A stretch of DNA of 31,436 bases. Origin: a virus. Taxonomy: Duplodnaviria > Caudoviricetes. Made by a program: the position numbers and the translations under genes. Numbering within the stretch: position 1 is the stretch's first letter; each line of letters opens with the position of its first letter. Below are positions 7,705 through 16,600 of this stretch, piece by piece. The stretch is from IMG/VR virus record IMGVR_UViG_3300049563_000036, positions 1-31,436 of that record, one strand, 5' to 3'. The notes under the pieces are model-generated. The model saw only the letters and a program-made list of their open reading frames with translations. It was not told the DNA's origin and ran no database searches.

Positions 7705-8483
7705 AAGCCCAGTACGACCCGAAAGATGGATTGGACGCCAGCGGCGAGTGGGTCTGGCATTTCCGGTTGGAAGCACACAACCTGTCCAAGGTTTCGCTGC
7801 TCCGCCAGTTGGTCGTCGAGGCGTTCGAGGCGGGCCACTGGCGCAGTTATGCGACCGGCATGGGCCGGGATACCTGGCGCGCCTGCGAGTTCGACTATTT
7901 TCTGATTGCGAGCGATATCGCGTATCGCGATGCGGCCGAGATTTTCACGTGGAAGGATCGCGGGCGCGCCTTAGCCGCGGCGACGATGAGTGAGGATCCC
8001 AAACAGCGACGCTCGCTCGAGCAGGCCTCCACGGCCTGGCACTCGCCGACACCGGAAACCTTGGCCCAGCGAGCGGCGCGCTTAGGGTGGACGTCAATTA
8101 TGGGTGTGCGGTCAGCAGCGCCCCAACGCGCGCGCGCCTTCGTACGGCATGGCGTCACGATGGACAAGCATGCGCAGAAAACCCGCCAGCGTCAGATCAA
8201 GAACCGGCGTCCGCAACTCGACCAGGTCATCGGGGCGGTGATCAAGCGGACACAGAACGAGACGGAGTTGCGCTACATCATCGATGAATTACGCAAGCGC
8301 ATCGGAAAGCGCGGACGTCCAGGCGCGGATCATCAGCAATGGGCGCGCGACGTGGAGACGTTCAAAGGCGATGCGAAAGCGTTAGCAAAACATTGGGAGC
8401 TTTCACGCCGCCAGACCTATCAACGGATAAGCATGAGTGCTAATAAATCGCGATTTAATAGCACTCAGCGGAAGGCTTCATGA
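7701..8483 (+). CDS. Uncharacterised 260-aa basic protein with a probable C-terminal HTH
   Basis: ATGA overlap with the helicase; AKALAKHWELSRRQTYQRI is HTH-like; N-terminal domain is aromatic-rich. Confidence 0.8.
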   Translation: MKAQYDPKDGLDASGEWVWHFRLEAHNLSKVSLLRQLVVEAFEAGHWRSYATGMGRDTWRACEFDYFLIASDIAYRDAAEIFTWKDRGRALAAATMSEDPKQRRSLEQASTAWHSPTPETLAQRAARLGWTSIMGVRSAAPQRARAFVRHGVTMDKHAQKTRQRQIKNRRPQLDQVIGAVIKRTQNETELRYIIDELRKRIGKRGRPGADHQQWARDVETFKGDAKALAKHWELSRRQTYQRISMSANKSRFNSTQRKAS

Positions 8484-8710
8484 AGTATCAGGACGTCTCG
8501 GTCGCGGATCGGCGCGCACTCGAAGAAGCCGCGCGCGTGGAACGGGCGGCCCGCCAGAGCTGGGATGCAGCGTTGCACCGTCTCATGCGCCTGATCAAAC
8601 AAGCGTCGCGGAATGGGGCCAGCCTGCGGGCGATCGCGACGACGATTGACCGGTCGCATGGTCGGGTACGGGAGCTCTTGAATAAAGCCACAGAGGTGAA
8701 GGCGCGATGA
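8480..8710 (+). CDS. Small HTH protein (regulator or recombination directionality factor candidate)
   Basis: GASLRAIATTIDRSHGRVRELL; ATGA overlaps at both ends. Confidence 0.75.
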   Translation: MKYQDVSVADRRALEEAARVERAARQSWDAALHRLMRLIKQASRNGASLRAIATTIDRSHGRVRELLNKATEVKAR

Positions 8711-9879
8711 ACAAATCGAAATCGCTCGGCTACATCTACCGCCCGGCGGGGCGGCGCGTCTGGATGATGAAGTATTACCAGAACGGCCGCCGGATCCGGA
8801 AAACCACCGGCACCGCCAACAAGGCCGCGGCGCAGGCCGCGCTGAATGCGGCGACGACCGATGCGGGCCGCGGCGTCCCGACCGAGGCCAAGGTCGGCAA
8901 GATCACGGTCGACGCGGCGGCCGCCGATCTGCTCGTCGACTACGCGAACAACAACTACGACTCCGAGGACGACGCGGAAGGACGCATCCGCAATCACCTC
9001 ACGCCGTTTTTCGGCGGGATGAAACTGAGCGCGATCACGACGCCGCTCGTCAACGCCTACATCCACCAGCGGCGCCAGGCGCAGGCGAAGAACGCGACGA
9101 TCAATCGCGAGCTCGGGTTGCTCAAACGGATGTTCACACTGGCCGCCCGCGCCGGGCTGATCGTGACCCGGCCCTACATCCCGAAACTCGACGAGCACAA
9201 CGTGCGGAAAGGGTTCTTCGAGGCGGCGGCGTTCCATGCCGTCTGCCGCCATCTGACGCCCGAGATCGCCGCTGTCGCGACGATGGCCTACGTCACCGGC
9301 TGGCGGATCGACAGCGAGATCCTCCCGCTCGAGTGGCGGCAGGTCGACCTGGCGGCGGGCACGGTGACGCTCGATCCCGACACGACGAAGAACGACGAGC
9401 CGCGCGTGTTTCCGATTACCACGGATCTGCGCGTCGTGCTCGAGGAGCGTCGGCGCGTGACCCAGGCGACCGCCGCGCAGGGCCGCCTCTGTCCGTGGGT
9501 GTTCTTCCGGCTGGTCGCGACGGGGCGGCACGGCCTGTCCGCGCAGCATCGCGCCCACGCCGCCGTCACGCTCACGCCGACGCCGATCAAACGCTTCAAC
9601 AAGCAATGGCAGCGCGCGTGCGATGCGGCCGGCTGTCCCGGCCGCGTGCCGCACGACTTGCGCCGCACCGCGATCCGCAACATGAGCCGGCGCGGCGTCC
9701 CGGAGCGCGTCGCGATGTTGTTGACGGGCCACAAAACGCGCGCGGTATTTGACCGCTATCGCATCGTCAACGAGACCGATTTACGGGACGCCCAGGCGAA
9801 GCTGGAAGGGCAGCTCCGGACACCTAATGGGCATCCAATGGGCATCCCAGCGCCTACGGGCGACGATCGTGAGGAGTGA
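8707..9879 (+). CDS. int: Tyrosine integrase
   Basis: N-terminal arm-binding-like region; catalytic R (GWR), K (TTKN), HDLRR, GH and Y (FDRY); adjacent attP. Confidence 0.95.
   Translation: MNKSKSLGYIYRPAGRRVWMMKYYQNGRRIRKTTGTANKAAAQAALNAATTDAGRGVPTEAKVGKITVDAAAADLLVDYANNNYDSEDDAEGRIRNHLTPFFGGMKLSAITTPLVNAYIHQRRQAQAKNATINRELGLLKRMFTLAARAGLIVTRPYIPKLDEHNVRKGFFEAAAFHAVCRHLTPEIAAVATMAYVTGWRIDSEILPLEWRQVDLAAGTVTLDPDTTKNDEPRVFPITTDLRVVLEERRRVTQATAAQGRLCPWVFFRLVATGRHGLSAQHRAHAAVTLTPTPIKRFNKQWQRACDAAGCPGRVPHDLRRTAIRNMSRRGVPERVAMLLTGHKTRAVFDRYRIVNETDLRDAQAKLEGQLRTPNGHPMGIPAPTGDDREE
9826..9847 (+). repeat. Tandem arm-type integrase sites, left arm
   Basis: AATGGGCATCC x2, matching the pair at 10088-10111. 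Confidence 0.7.
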
Positions 9880-9902
9880 ATCCGCGAAATCCTTAGGGAA
9901 TT

Positions 9903-9946
9903 TGGAGGCGCCGCCCGGATTTGAACCGGGGGTGGAGGTTTTGCAG
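9903..9946 (-). other. attP core = 3' half of tRNA-Cys(GCA), not a full tRNA gene
   Basis: Minus strand CTGCAAAACCTCCACCCCCGGTTCAAATCCGGGCGGCGCCTCCA: anticodon loop with GCA, T-arm GGTTCAAATCC, acceptor stem and CCA; no D-arm or 5' half. Confidence 0.9.
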
Positions 9947-10087
9947 CCCGTCGCCCGCCCTCAAACGTGGACAGTCGCCACCCCGCGCCAATCGCCCCAA
10001 ACCCGCGTATTCATTGAGCAAACTCGGCCTTTTCGCGTTCCGGTCGGGTCCGGTCCGTTCCGCCAAAATCCGCTTCTTTACGGTTCT

Positions 10088-10111
10088 AATGGGCACCCCA
10101 ATGGGCACCCC
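10088..10111 (+). repeat. Tandem arm-type integrase sites, right arm
   Basis: AATGGGCACCCC x2. Confidence 0.7.
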
Positions 10112-10241
10112 GCGCGATCGCGTCCTCGTAAGTGAGTTTCGTGCAGACGCGTTGTGCGCGCCCCGACCGGCGATCCGTCCAACCCACAACCGCGTCGCCG
10201 ATCGCGCGTCCTGCGGCCGCCTGACGCGCCGGGCGGGCCGT

Positions 10242-10322
10242 CTAGGGCCCGCGTCGCGCGCCGCGGCCGACCAGCAGCAGGGCCAACAGCGCGACCACGA
10301 GCAGCACGCCCGGCGTCAGCAT
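10242..10322 (-). CDS. 26-aa single-TM peptide (possible)
   Basis: MLTPGVLLVVALLALLLVGRGARRGP, 9 nt after the upstream stop; no clear RBS. Confidence 0.4.
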   Translation of the reverse strand: MLTPGVLLVVALLALLLVGRGARRGP

Positions 10323-10331
10323 GGCGCGCGG

Positions 10332-10484
10332 TCAGATCGACCGGCCTTGCAGCAGCCGGACAACGACGAGCACGACCACGATCAGCAGCAGGACGTGAAT
10401 CAGCGACCCGCCCACCGGCACGACGAACCCGCCGAGCAGCCAGAGCACCAGCAGCACGACGATCAGCACTTCGAGCACGCCCAT
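10332..10484 (-). CDS. lmo0937/DUF5670-like small two-TM membrane protein
   Basis: L..L.VVLLVLWLLG....VGG.LIHVLL.I.VV.V.VRLLQGR pattern; AGGAGG RBS. Confidence 0.8.
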   Translation of the reverse strand: MGVLEVLIVVLLVLWLLGGFVVPVGGSLIHVLLLIVVVLVVVRLLQGRSI

Positions 10485-10599
10485 GACGCCCCTCCTGGTT
10501 CCGGCCACGGGCCGGGCGAGCGCGGGAAACACCGCGCCGCCCCGGCGGGATTGTCGGGCCGCAGCGCGAACCAACACCGCACGCCCGCCCGACCCGTCG

Positions 10600-10761
10600 T
10601 CAGCTCTCTTTCGGTTGGGCCGGCGGCGGTTGGGTCGGCGGCGGCTCGGTGATCGGATGCGTGGGGTGCGCGCCACCGTCGTCGGGACGCGTGGGCCCGC
10701 CCGGGCGATCCGGCTTGGGGTCGTGGCCGGGTTTGTCGTGGTCGGGTTTGCGATCAGTCAT
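10600..10761 (-). CDS. Pro-rich disordered 53-aa peptide
   Basis: AAGGAG RBS; MTDRKPDHDKPGHDPKPDRP... Confidence 0.55.
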   Translation of the reverse strand: MTDRKPDHDKPGHDPKPDRPGGPTRPDDGGAHPTHPITEPPPTQPPPAQPKES

Positions 10762-10787
10762 GGTCCTGGGCTCCTTCTTGAACCGCG

Positions 10788-12368
10788 TCAGCACGCGACG
10801 CGGAACGCATGGACGATCGGCCTCCATTCGCCTTGCCACTCCGCGTGGATCTCACTCACGAACAGCGTCTGACTCGCGGGTTCCCACCAGGCGCCGCCGA
10901 ACGTGCAGATGCCGTGCGCCACCAGCTGCGGGAACGGCTGGCCGTCGTGCGCCACCTGATGCAGATTGACGGCATCGGTCGTCGGTGGCAACAGGATCGG
11001 TGAACACGTGCCCTGCGCCACTGTGGCGAGATCCTCGGCCGCATAGATGAACAGGGCGGACGCCATCGTGGTGACACCCGGCCCCGTGGCGCTGTACCCG
11101 TACCTCGTGTCGTTCTGCCCGTGCGCGCACATTTTTCGGACCCCGTATTCCTGCGCGGGGCCGTACCACACATGGCAGCGACCGAGATCGCCATACTCGG
11201 CGGCATGGGCCGCTAACGTCTTCGCCATCTGTCCAATCAGCACCAATCCCTGCTTCACCGGACCCGACACGAACGCGCCTGCGGAAATCACATCGACTGA
11301 GGTGAACGTCGTGAAGGGCCGATAGCTCGCGCCACAGAGTTCCCCGTTGACCGTGCACCCGGTCCCGTCCTGCACCGGATTGTGCTGTGGCTCCGCGCCT
11401 TTCGAGTCCGGCTCGCCGTAGTGCGTCCATCCGCATTCGTCGACATCGTCCGTGCGCGGCTGAGGGTGATCGATGTCCGTGTGGATCAAGTTCGTGGTGG
11501 GGATCGTGACGTGTGCCGGATCGGCCGGACTATCCGGTGGCGTGCCTGCCGGGGGGAGGTCGAAGGCTGAGAAGTACGGCCCCCAGGGCGATGTCGCATT
11601 GCCGGATCCAATCGGGGCACCTGCGCCCAGCCGCATACCGCCCAGCACTGCCTGGAGCGACTCCGGGAGGGCCACCAGATAGCCGCCGACGCGCATCGAA
11701 TGACAGGCCAGCCGCCACGGACCGTCCGCACGTGGGCCCTCTGGCAACAGCTGCGAGGCGCCGAGACACGGATCGTGCGAACCCGCCACGTTGTATTGGT
11801 CCATGTAGGTCCAACACAGGCGCTCGCTCTTGGGGTCCCACAACAGCCCCTTGATCGGCAGGGAATTGCCGGCGGCGGACACGCGCAGGCCACACGTCAC
11901 GTCACCCCAGGACGTGACCAGCGTGCACCGGGTGCCGACACCGGTCCACGCGAGTTCGTAGACCGGATCCATCCACCCCGTCTCCGCTTGTGCGCCCGTG
12001 ATGAAGAGATGAATCTGCCCATCGACGACACGGCCCGACAGGGCCCCCGTCGAATACCCGAACCGGGTTTGTCCGCTGATGTCGAGCGGCAACGTGGCCG
12101 ATCCTAAGTAGGTGAAATCATCCGGCGTGATCACGGGGTGCGTCGTGGGCGGCGGGATCGGCTCGGGCGGCACGACGCCGGCGAGCTGCGCCGCCGTCGC
12201 CCGCGCCATGCGGATCGCCTGGTCGATAGCGAGCGCCTCGTCCATGTCCGGGTTCGCGGCCATCAGGCCGCCGAGCACGTGGCCCGTCAGCGCGGCGAGC
12301 GTGGGATCGACCTCGCGCGCAGCGAGGAGGCGATCGAGTTCGCGCAGCACGTCACGCGGCGTTCGCAC
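10788..12368 (-). CDS. 526-aa protein: helical N-terminus, Pro linker, large beta-rich (propeller-like) domain
   Basis: GGAGG RBS before GTG; PPEPIPPP linker; strand patterns such as GLLWDPKSERLCWT and GAWWEPASQTLFVSE. Confidence 0.7.
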   Translation of the reverse strand: MRTPRDVLRELDRLLAAREVDPTLAALTGHVLGGLMAANPDMDEALAIDQAIRMARATAAQLAGVVPPEPIPPPTTHPVITPDDFTYLGSATLPLDISGQTRFGYSTGALSGRVVDGQIHLFITGAQAETGWMDPVYELAWTGVGTRCTLVTSWGDVTCGLRVSAAGNSLPIKGLLWDPKSERLCWTYMDQYNVAGSHDPCLGASQLLPEGPRADGPWRLACHSMRVGGYLVALPESLQAVLGGMRLGAGAPIGSGNATSPWGPYFSAFDLPPAGTPPDSPADPAHVTIPTTNLIHTDIDHPQPRTDDVDECGWTHYGEPDSKGAEPQHNPVQDGTGCTVNGELCGASYRPFTTFTSVDVISAGAFVSGPVKQGLVLIGQMAKTLAAHAAEYGDLGRCHVWYGPAQEYGVRKMCAHGQNDTRYGYSATGPGVTTMASALFIYAAEDLATVAQGTCSPILLPPTTDAVNLHQVAHDGQPFPQLVAHGICTFGGAWWEPASQTLFVSEIHAEWQGEWRPIVHAFRVAC

Positions 12369-12594
12369 GGGGGGCCTCCGGGGCGTCCGGGATCGTGATC
12401 GTCAACGTGTCGTCGTCGAGCGTGAACGACGGCGTCGTCGGGTCGAAGCCGAGCGCGGCGAGTTGCGCGTTCTGTTTCTTGTGCGCGGTCGCGAGGTCGG
12501 CCCGCGCTTGCAGCGCGAGCACCTCGCACCGCGACGCCTCGCTGCAGATCGCGCGCAGTTTCCAATAGTCGACGGCGTCGAGCGTGCGCGTCAT
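12352..12594 (-). CDS. Small coiled-coil hypothetical protein
   Basis: ATGA-coupled; MTRTLDAVDYWKLRA... Confidence 0.7.
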   Translation of the reverse strand: MTRTLDAVDYWKLRAICSEASRCEVLALQARADLATAHKKQNAQLAALGFDPTTPSFTLDDDTLTITIPDAPEAPRANAA

Positions 12595-12932
12595 GCGGTG
12601 ACGCCGGCCATCTTGTTCCAGTCGGTCATTAACTGACTTTCGAGGTCGGCATCGCCGGCGGCCGTGACCGTCGCGCCGACCGTGAAGCTGTAGGACGTCT
12701 CGAAGTTCATCACGTTGGGTCGGGTGACGAACGACGGCGCGAGGGCTTGCGCGGCGCCGAACAGGTTCGCGGTCACCGTGTTCGCATAGGCGGCGCGCTC
12801 GGCGTGGTGCAGCGTGCTCGGATCTTCTTCGAGCACCTGCCACGCGACGTTCGCGAGCGCGTTCTGCAGCCGCAGCCGAAACCGCGGATCGGCCGCGAGG
12901 GCCTGTTGACTATATGCATCGTTGGCAGCCAT
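12591..12932 (-). CDS. Hypothetical protein, possibly fibre-associated
   Basis: TGATG-coupled to the fibre gene; MAANDAYSQQALAADPRFR... Confidence 0.7.
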   Translation of the reverse strand: MAANDAYSQQALAADPRFRLRLQNALANVAWQVLEEDPSTLHHAERAAYANTVTANLFGAAQALAPSFVTRPNVMNFETSYSFTVGATVTAAGDADLESQLMTDWNKMAGVTA

Positions 12933-13615
12933 CAGAGGGATCCTTTCAGGAGGGCGCGGAACTCGGCGATCGCGGCATCGTGCTGTTGCCACCCGACGAT
13001 CAGATCGGGCACGAATTTGCTGTAATCGGTCATCCACGGCCGCGCGAGCGCGCCGTCCATGGTCCGTTCGTCAGTCCCGGGAACCACGGCGCGCGGATAG
13101 AGCGCGTGCGCGTCCTGGGCAAACACGCCGCGATCGCGCGCGCCGTCGGCTTTCCACGTGAAATCGTGCACGACGACCGCGCGCAGGGCCGCGAGATCCA
13201 TCGCGGCCCCGAGATCGTCTTTCAAGCGCGCGTCGGACGTGGTGCTATAGGACACGCTCGTGGCGCCCGTCTGGGCGATATTCCCGGCCTGCCCGTTGAC
13301 GCTGTTATAAAACAGAATAAAGTTCGCGGCATTGCTGGGGTTATAGTTCTGCACCGCGATCCCGCCAGGCAGGCCGCCCGTCGTGGTGAGCGCGATCACG
13401 GTGCCGTACGTCGCGGTCAACGCATTGAGGCCTAGACTGCCGGTGACGTTTTGCGCGCCGGTGAACGTGTTCCCGCCCGCGAGTTGCGCAAGTTGCGCGA
13501 GCGCGGCGTCGATCTGGTTGTAGATCGTCGTTTTTTCCGCGTTGTTGATCACGGTCCCGCTCGTCCCGGTCCCGTCGTCGTCGATCCATGCCGTCCGGGT
13601 GATCGTGACTGCCAT
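12932..13615 (-). CDS. Short tail fibre with C-terminal peptidase S74 intramolecular chaperone
   Basis: TSDARLKDD...GVFAQD...YP.AV...DYSKFVP.L....Q plus terminal coiled coil; GGNTFTGAQ fibre motif; TAATG-coupled. Confidence 0.85.
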   Translation of the reverse strand: MAVTITRTAWIDDDGTGTSGTVINNAEKTTIYNQIDAALAQLAQLAGGNTFTGAQNVTGSLGLNALTATYGTVIALTTTGGLPGGIAVQNYNPSNAANFILFYNSVNGQAGNIAQTGATSVSYSTTSDARLKDDLGAAMDLAALRAVVVHDFTWKADGARDRGVFAQDAHALYPRAVVPGTDERTMDGALARPWMTDYSKFVPDLIVGWQQHDAAIAEFRALLKGSL

Positions 13616-16600
13616 TAGGCGGCCGCCTCTCTGATAACGCGCAACAATTCCTCGAACGTGAAGCGGACGCTGGACGCCTCGACGGTGTAGGTCGGCGGGA
13701 GATGCGGGACGCCGAACTGCTGAACCGTGACGCGCTGAATGAGAAAATCCCCGCGCAGGTTGATCGGCGGCCCGAGGTTGATCGTCACGGTCGCGCCCGC
13801 GCGCGTGTTGAGATCGCGACACGTGTAGTGCACGGTGATGATCCCGACCTTGCCGTCGGCGTCGCGTTCGGCGAGCTGCGCCAGGCGGGCGCGGGCGCGC
13901 GCGTGCGCCTCGGTCGCCGACAGGCGCCGATCCTGGATCTCGTCCTCGACGATCCCGTCGGCCCCGCCGCCGAGTTGCGCCGCGAGCGCGGTTTGCGCCG
14001 CGACGTCGTCCTCCTGGACGAACAGATCGACCGGGTCGCCTTTGACGATCGCGACGCGGATCGCGCCGACCCCGGTCGCGGGAATGCCGCGGATCGTCGG
14101 GGCCGCCGCGATCGTCGTGTTGTACGACAGGGGCGAGGCGACCGACCCCGGGCCCGACGCCGGGACGCCGGTCAGCGTGTTGCCCGCGATCCCCGTGTAG
14201 CGGATGACTTGCGACCCGGCGATCGCCCAGCCGCCCGACGGCGAGAATGCCGCGAGACTCGCGCATGGGACCGTCGGCGATCCCGCCAGGACGTTCCCCT
14301 GTGGTTGGACCAGGGTCGACGTGTCCGACGTCGGCGCGTTCGCCCCGAGCACGGCGTCGGCCGCCGTGTCGACCCAGGTCGTATCGACGTTGTTCGCGAT
14401 CGTCGTGAGGACGCGCAATTGCGCGAGGTTCGCGGCCGTGCGATAGAGCACGCGCGCGGTCACGGTGGGCGCACCGACGGGAATCGCGGACAGGTTCACC
14501 TGGGCCGCTGTCGCCGCGTTCGTGCTCGGGGCCGCCGCGCCAAGACTCGCGTCCGGCGTCGTGTCGAGGTACGTCGTCACGACGTTGTCGAGCGTCGCGA
14601 GCAGGAACAGGGTCGAGGATCCGATCTTCGTGCGGTACAGTTTCCGACTCGTCACGACGGACCCGCCGATCGGGATCGCACTCAGCGGGATCTGTTGCAG
14701 GTACGCCGTGTTCGTCGCGGGCGGCGCGGCCCCGAGCGTCGCGTTCGCTTTGGTATCGGTATAGGTCGTCGCGGAGTTGTTCGCGATCGTGTCGAGGTAG
14801 CGCAGGCCGACGCCGCCCGACCGGCGATAGAGCTTGCGCGCCGTCACGGCGGCCGCGCCTTTCGGAATGCTATCGAGCGCGAGCGCGACCGTCCCGAGGG
14901 CGGTATTGGATCCCGGCGCGCCCGCGCCGAGTTGCGCGTCGCTGAGGGCGTCGCTGTAGGTCGTCGCCGTGTTGTTGTTCAACGTGGAGACCAGGCGCAT
15001 CGTGCCCGTGCCCGCCAGCGAGCGATAGAGTTTGCGCGCGATCACGTTCGCCGATCCGCGCGGGATGTTCTGCACCGGGACGGTGTGATTCGGGCTGGTC
15101 CCATTCGCCGACGGCGGCGCGGCCCCCGCGACGCTGTAATCGTCGTCGAACGGCGCGCAGAGGCCGCCCGTCGCGTTGTTGGCGACTTGTCCGGCATACT
15201 GCCATCGATTCGCGATGATGTGAACGCCGTTCGTCGTGCTGTTGCGATAGATGTTGACGTTCGTGCAGCGCAAATCGGTCGACCCGTACGCGCGGACGAT
15301 CGTGTCGATCGCGCCCGTTCCCGGAGACACGACGATCATGTTGCTCGACGACACCAGCGTCTCGCCCGTCGCCGTCACCCAGGTGTACACGTAAAAGAGC
15401 GTCCCGCCGTTGTAATTCCCCGACGACGAGCTCCCGCTCGGCACGACCGTCGGCCCCGTCGTCGGATCGGGCACGTTGTCGGACCCGACGGTGAGCGCGG
15501 CGCCGGGCCCGAGCGTCGTCTCACCGTACGCGGTGACGAACGAGACGCCCCAGGTATGGGTGCCGTTCGGCACAGCCCCGCCCGCCGTCGGCGCGCCGAA
15601 TGTCGGCGCGGTCGCGGGCGGGGTGATCGGCGTGTTGCCCGTCGTCGCGCTCCCGCCGATCGGCCCGGGCGTCGTCTCGCCCGCCGCCGTCACAAACGAC
15701 ACGGCGTAGTCATGCGTCCCGAAATCGGGGCCCGCCCCCTCGGCCCCGAGCGTCACGTTGGGCCCCGCCGGCGGCGGCGGCGTGACATCGGTCGCCCCCG
15801 TGACGCGCGGCCCGGGCGTGGTTTCCCCGGTCGAGACGATGAACGTGACGGCGTAATCGTGCGCGCCCAGGTCGGGGCCCGGGCCCGCCACCGTCGGCGG
15901 CCCGGCGACGGGCGCGGCGGCGGGCGGCGCGAACACGCCGACCTGCACGGTGGCGACGGGCGAGGGGATCGTTTCCCCCGCCGCTGTGCGGTACGTCACG
16001 GCATAGTTATGCGCGCCCGGCGTGACGCCGGCGCCGGGCACCACGAGCGCGTTGAGGGCCGAAATCGGGGCCGCACCCGGCCCGACGAGTGATCCGCCGC
16101 CGCCGAGGTCGACACTGGCGTACTGCACCCGTTGGGGTCCGGCCAGGACGGTGCCGCCCGTCGGCGGGTACCACACGGCCGTATCGACCGGGATCATGGT
16201 CGCGCCCGGGGCGATCGCCTCGAGCGCGTTGGATCCGCCCGCGTCGACATACACGCGCGTCACGACTTGCGAGAGATCGCGATCCCAGGTGATCCCCGCC
16301 ATCGACGGATGGACGGCGTTGACGATGGTCGGCGGCGCGGTCGCCGTGTCCGTGAAAAACAGGCGGACGACTTTGGTGTAGTCGCACTGCCAGTCCCCGC
16401 CGACGCGCGTCACGAGCTGCCCGATCGCGTTGTCGAGGTTCTGCTCGGTAAACGTGATCTCGTCGATCCGCGCGGCAGCGATATCGGCCGCGACCTGCAA
16501 CGTATACCCGGCGGGCGCGCGCGTCATCAGCGACGCGGCGATCGCGCCGACCGTCGTCGCCGTGAATTTGTCCGACACCTTGCGCCGCTGCAGCCCCCAC

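Noticed and set aside
9903-9975. Complete tRNA-Cys gene
   Set aside because: Only the anticodon loop to CCA is present; the 5' side cannot form the acceptor stem or D-arm, so it is an att core
10213-10240. GC-rich hairpin as a late-operon terminator
   Set aside because: Imperfect stem with no U-tract; not distinguishable from background at this GC content
14340-16060. CRISPR array or diversity-generating retroelement repeats
   Set aside because: The repeats are degenerate protein-level modules; no identical repeat-spacer units, no reverse transcriptase and no TR/VR pair seen
13702-16092. 796-aa plus-strand ORF, and similar long antisense ORFs (22407-24218, 24692-26371, 8488-9732, 18030-19100)
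   Set aside because: Arg-rich shadow frames opposite well-supported genes; expected in high-GC DNA with strong GC3 bias
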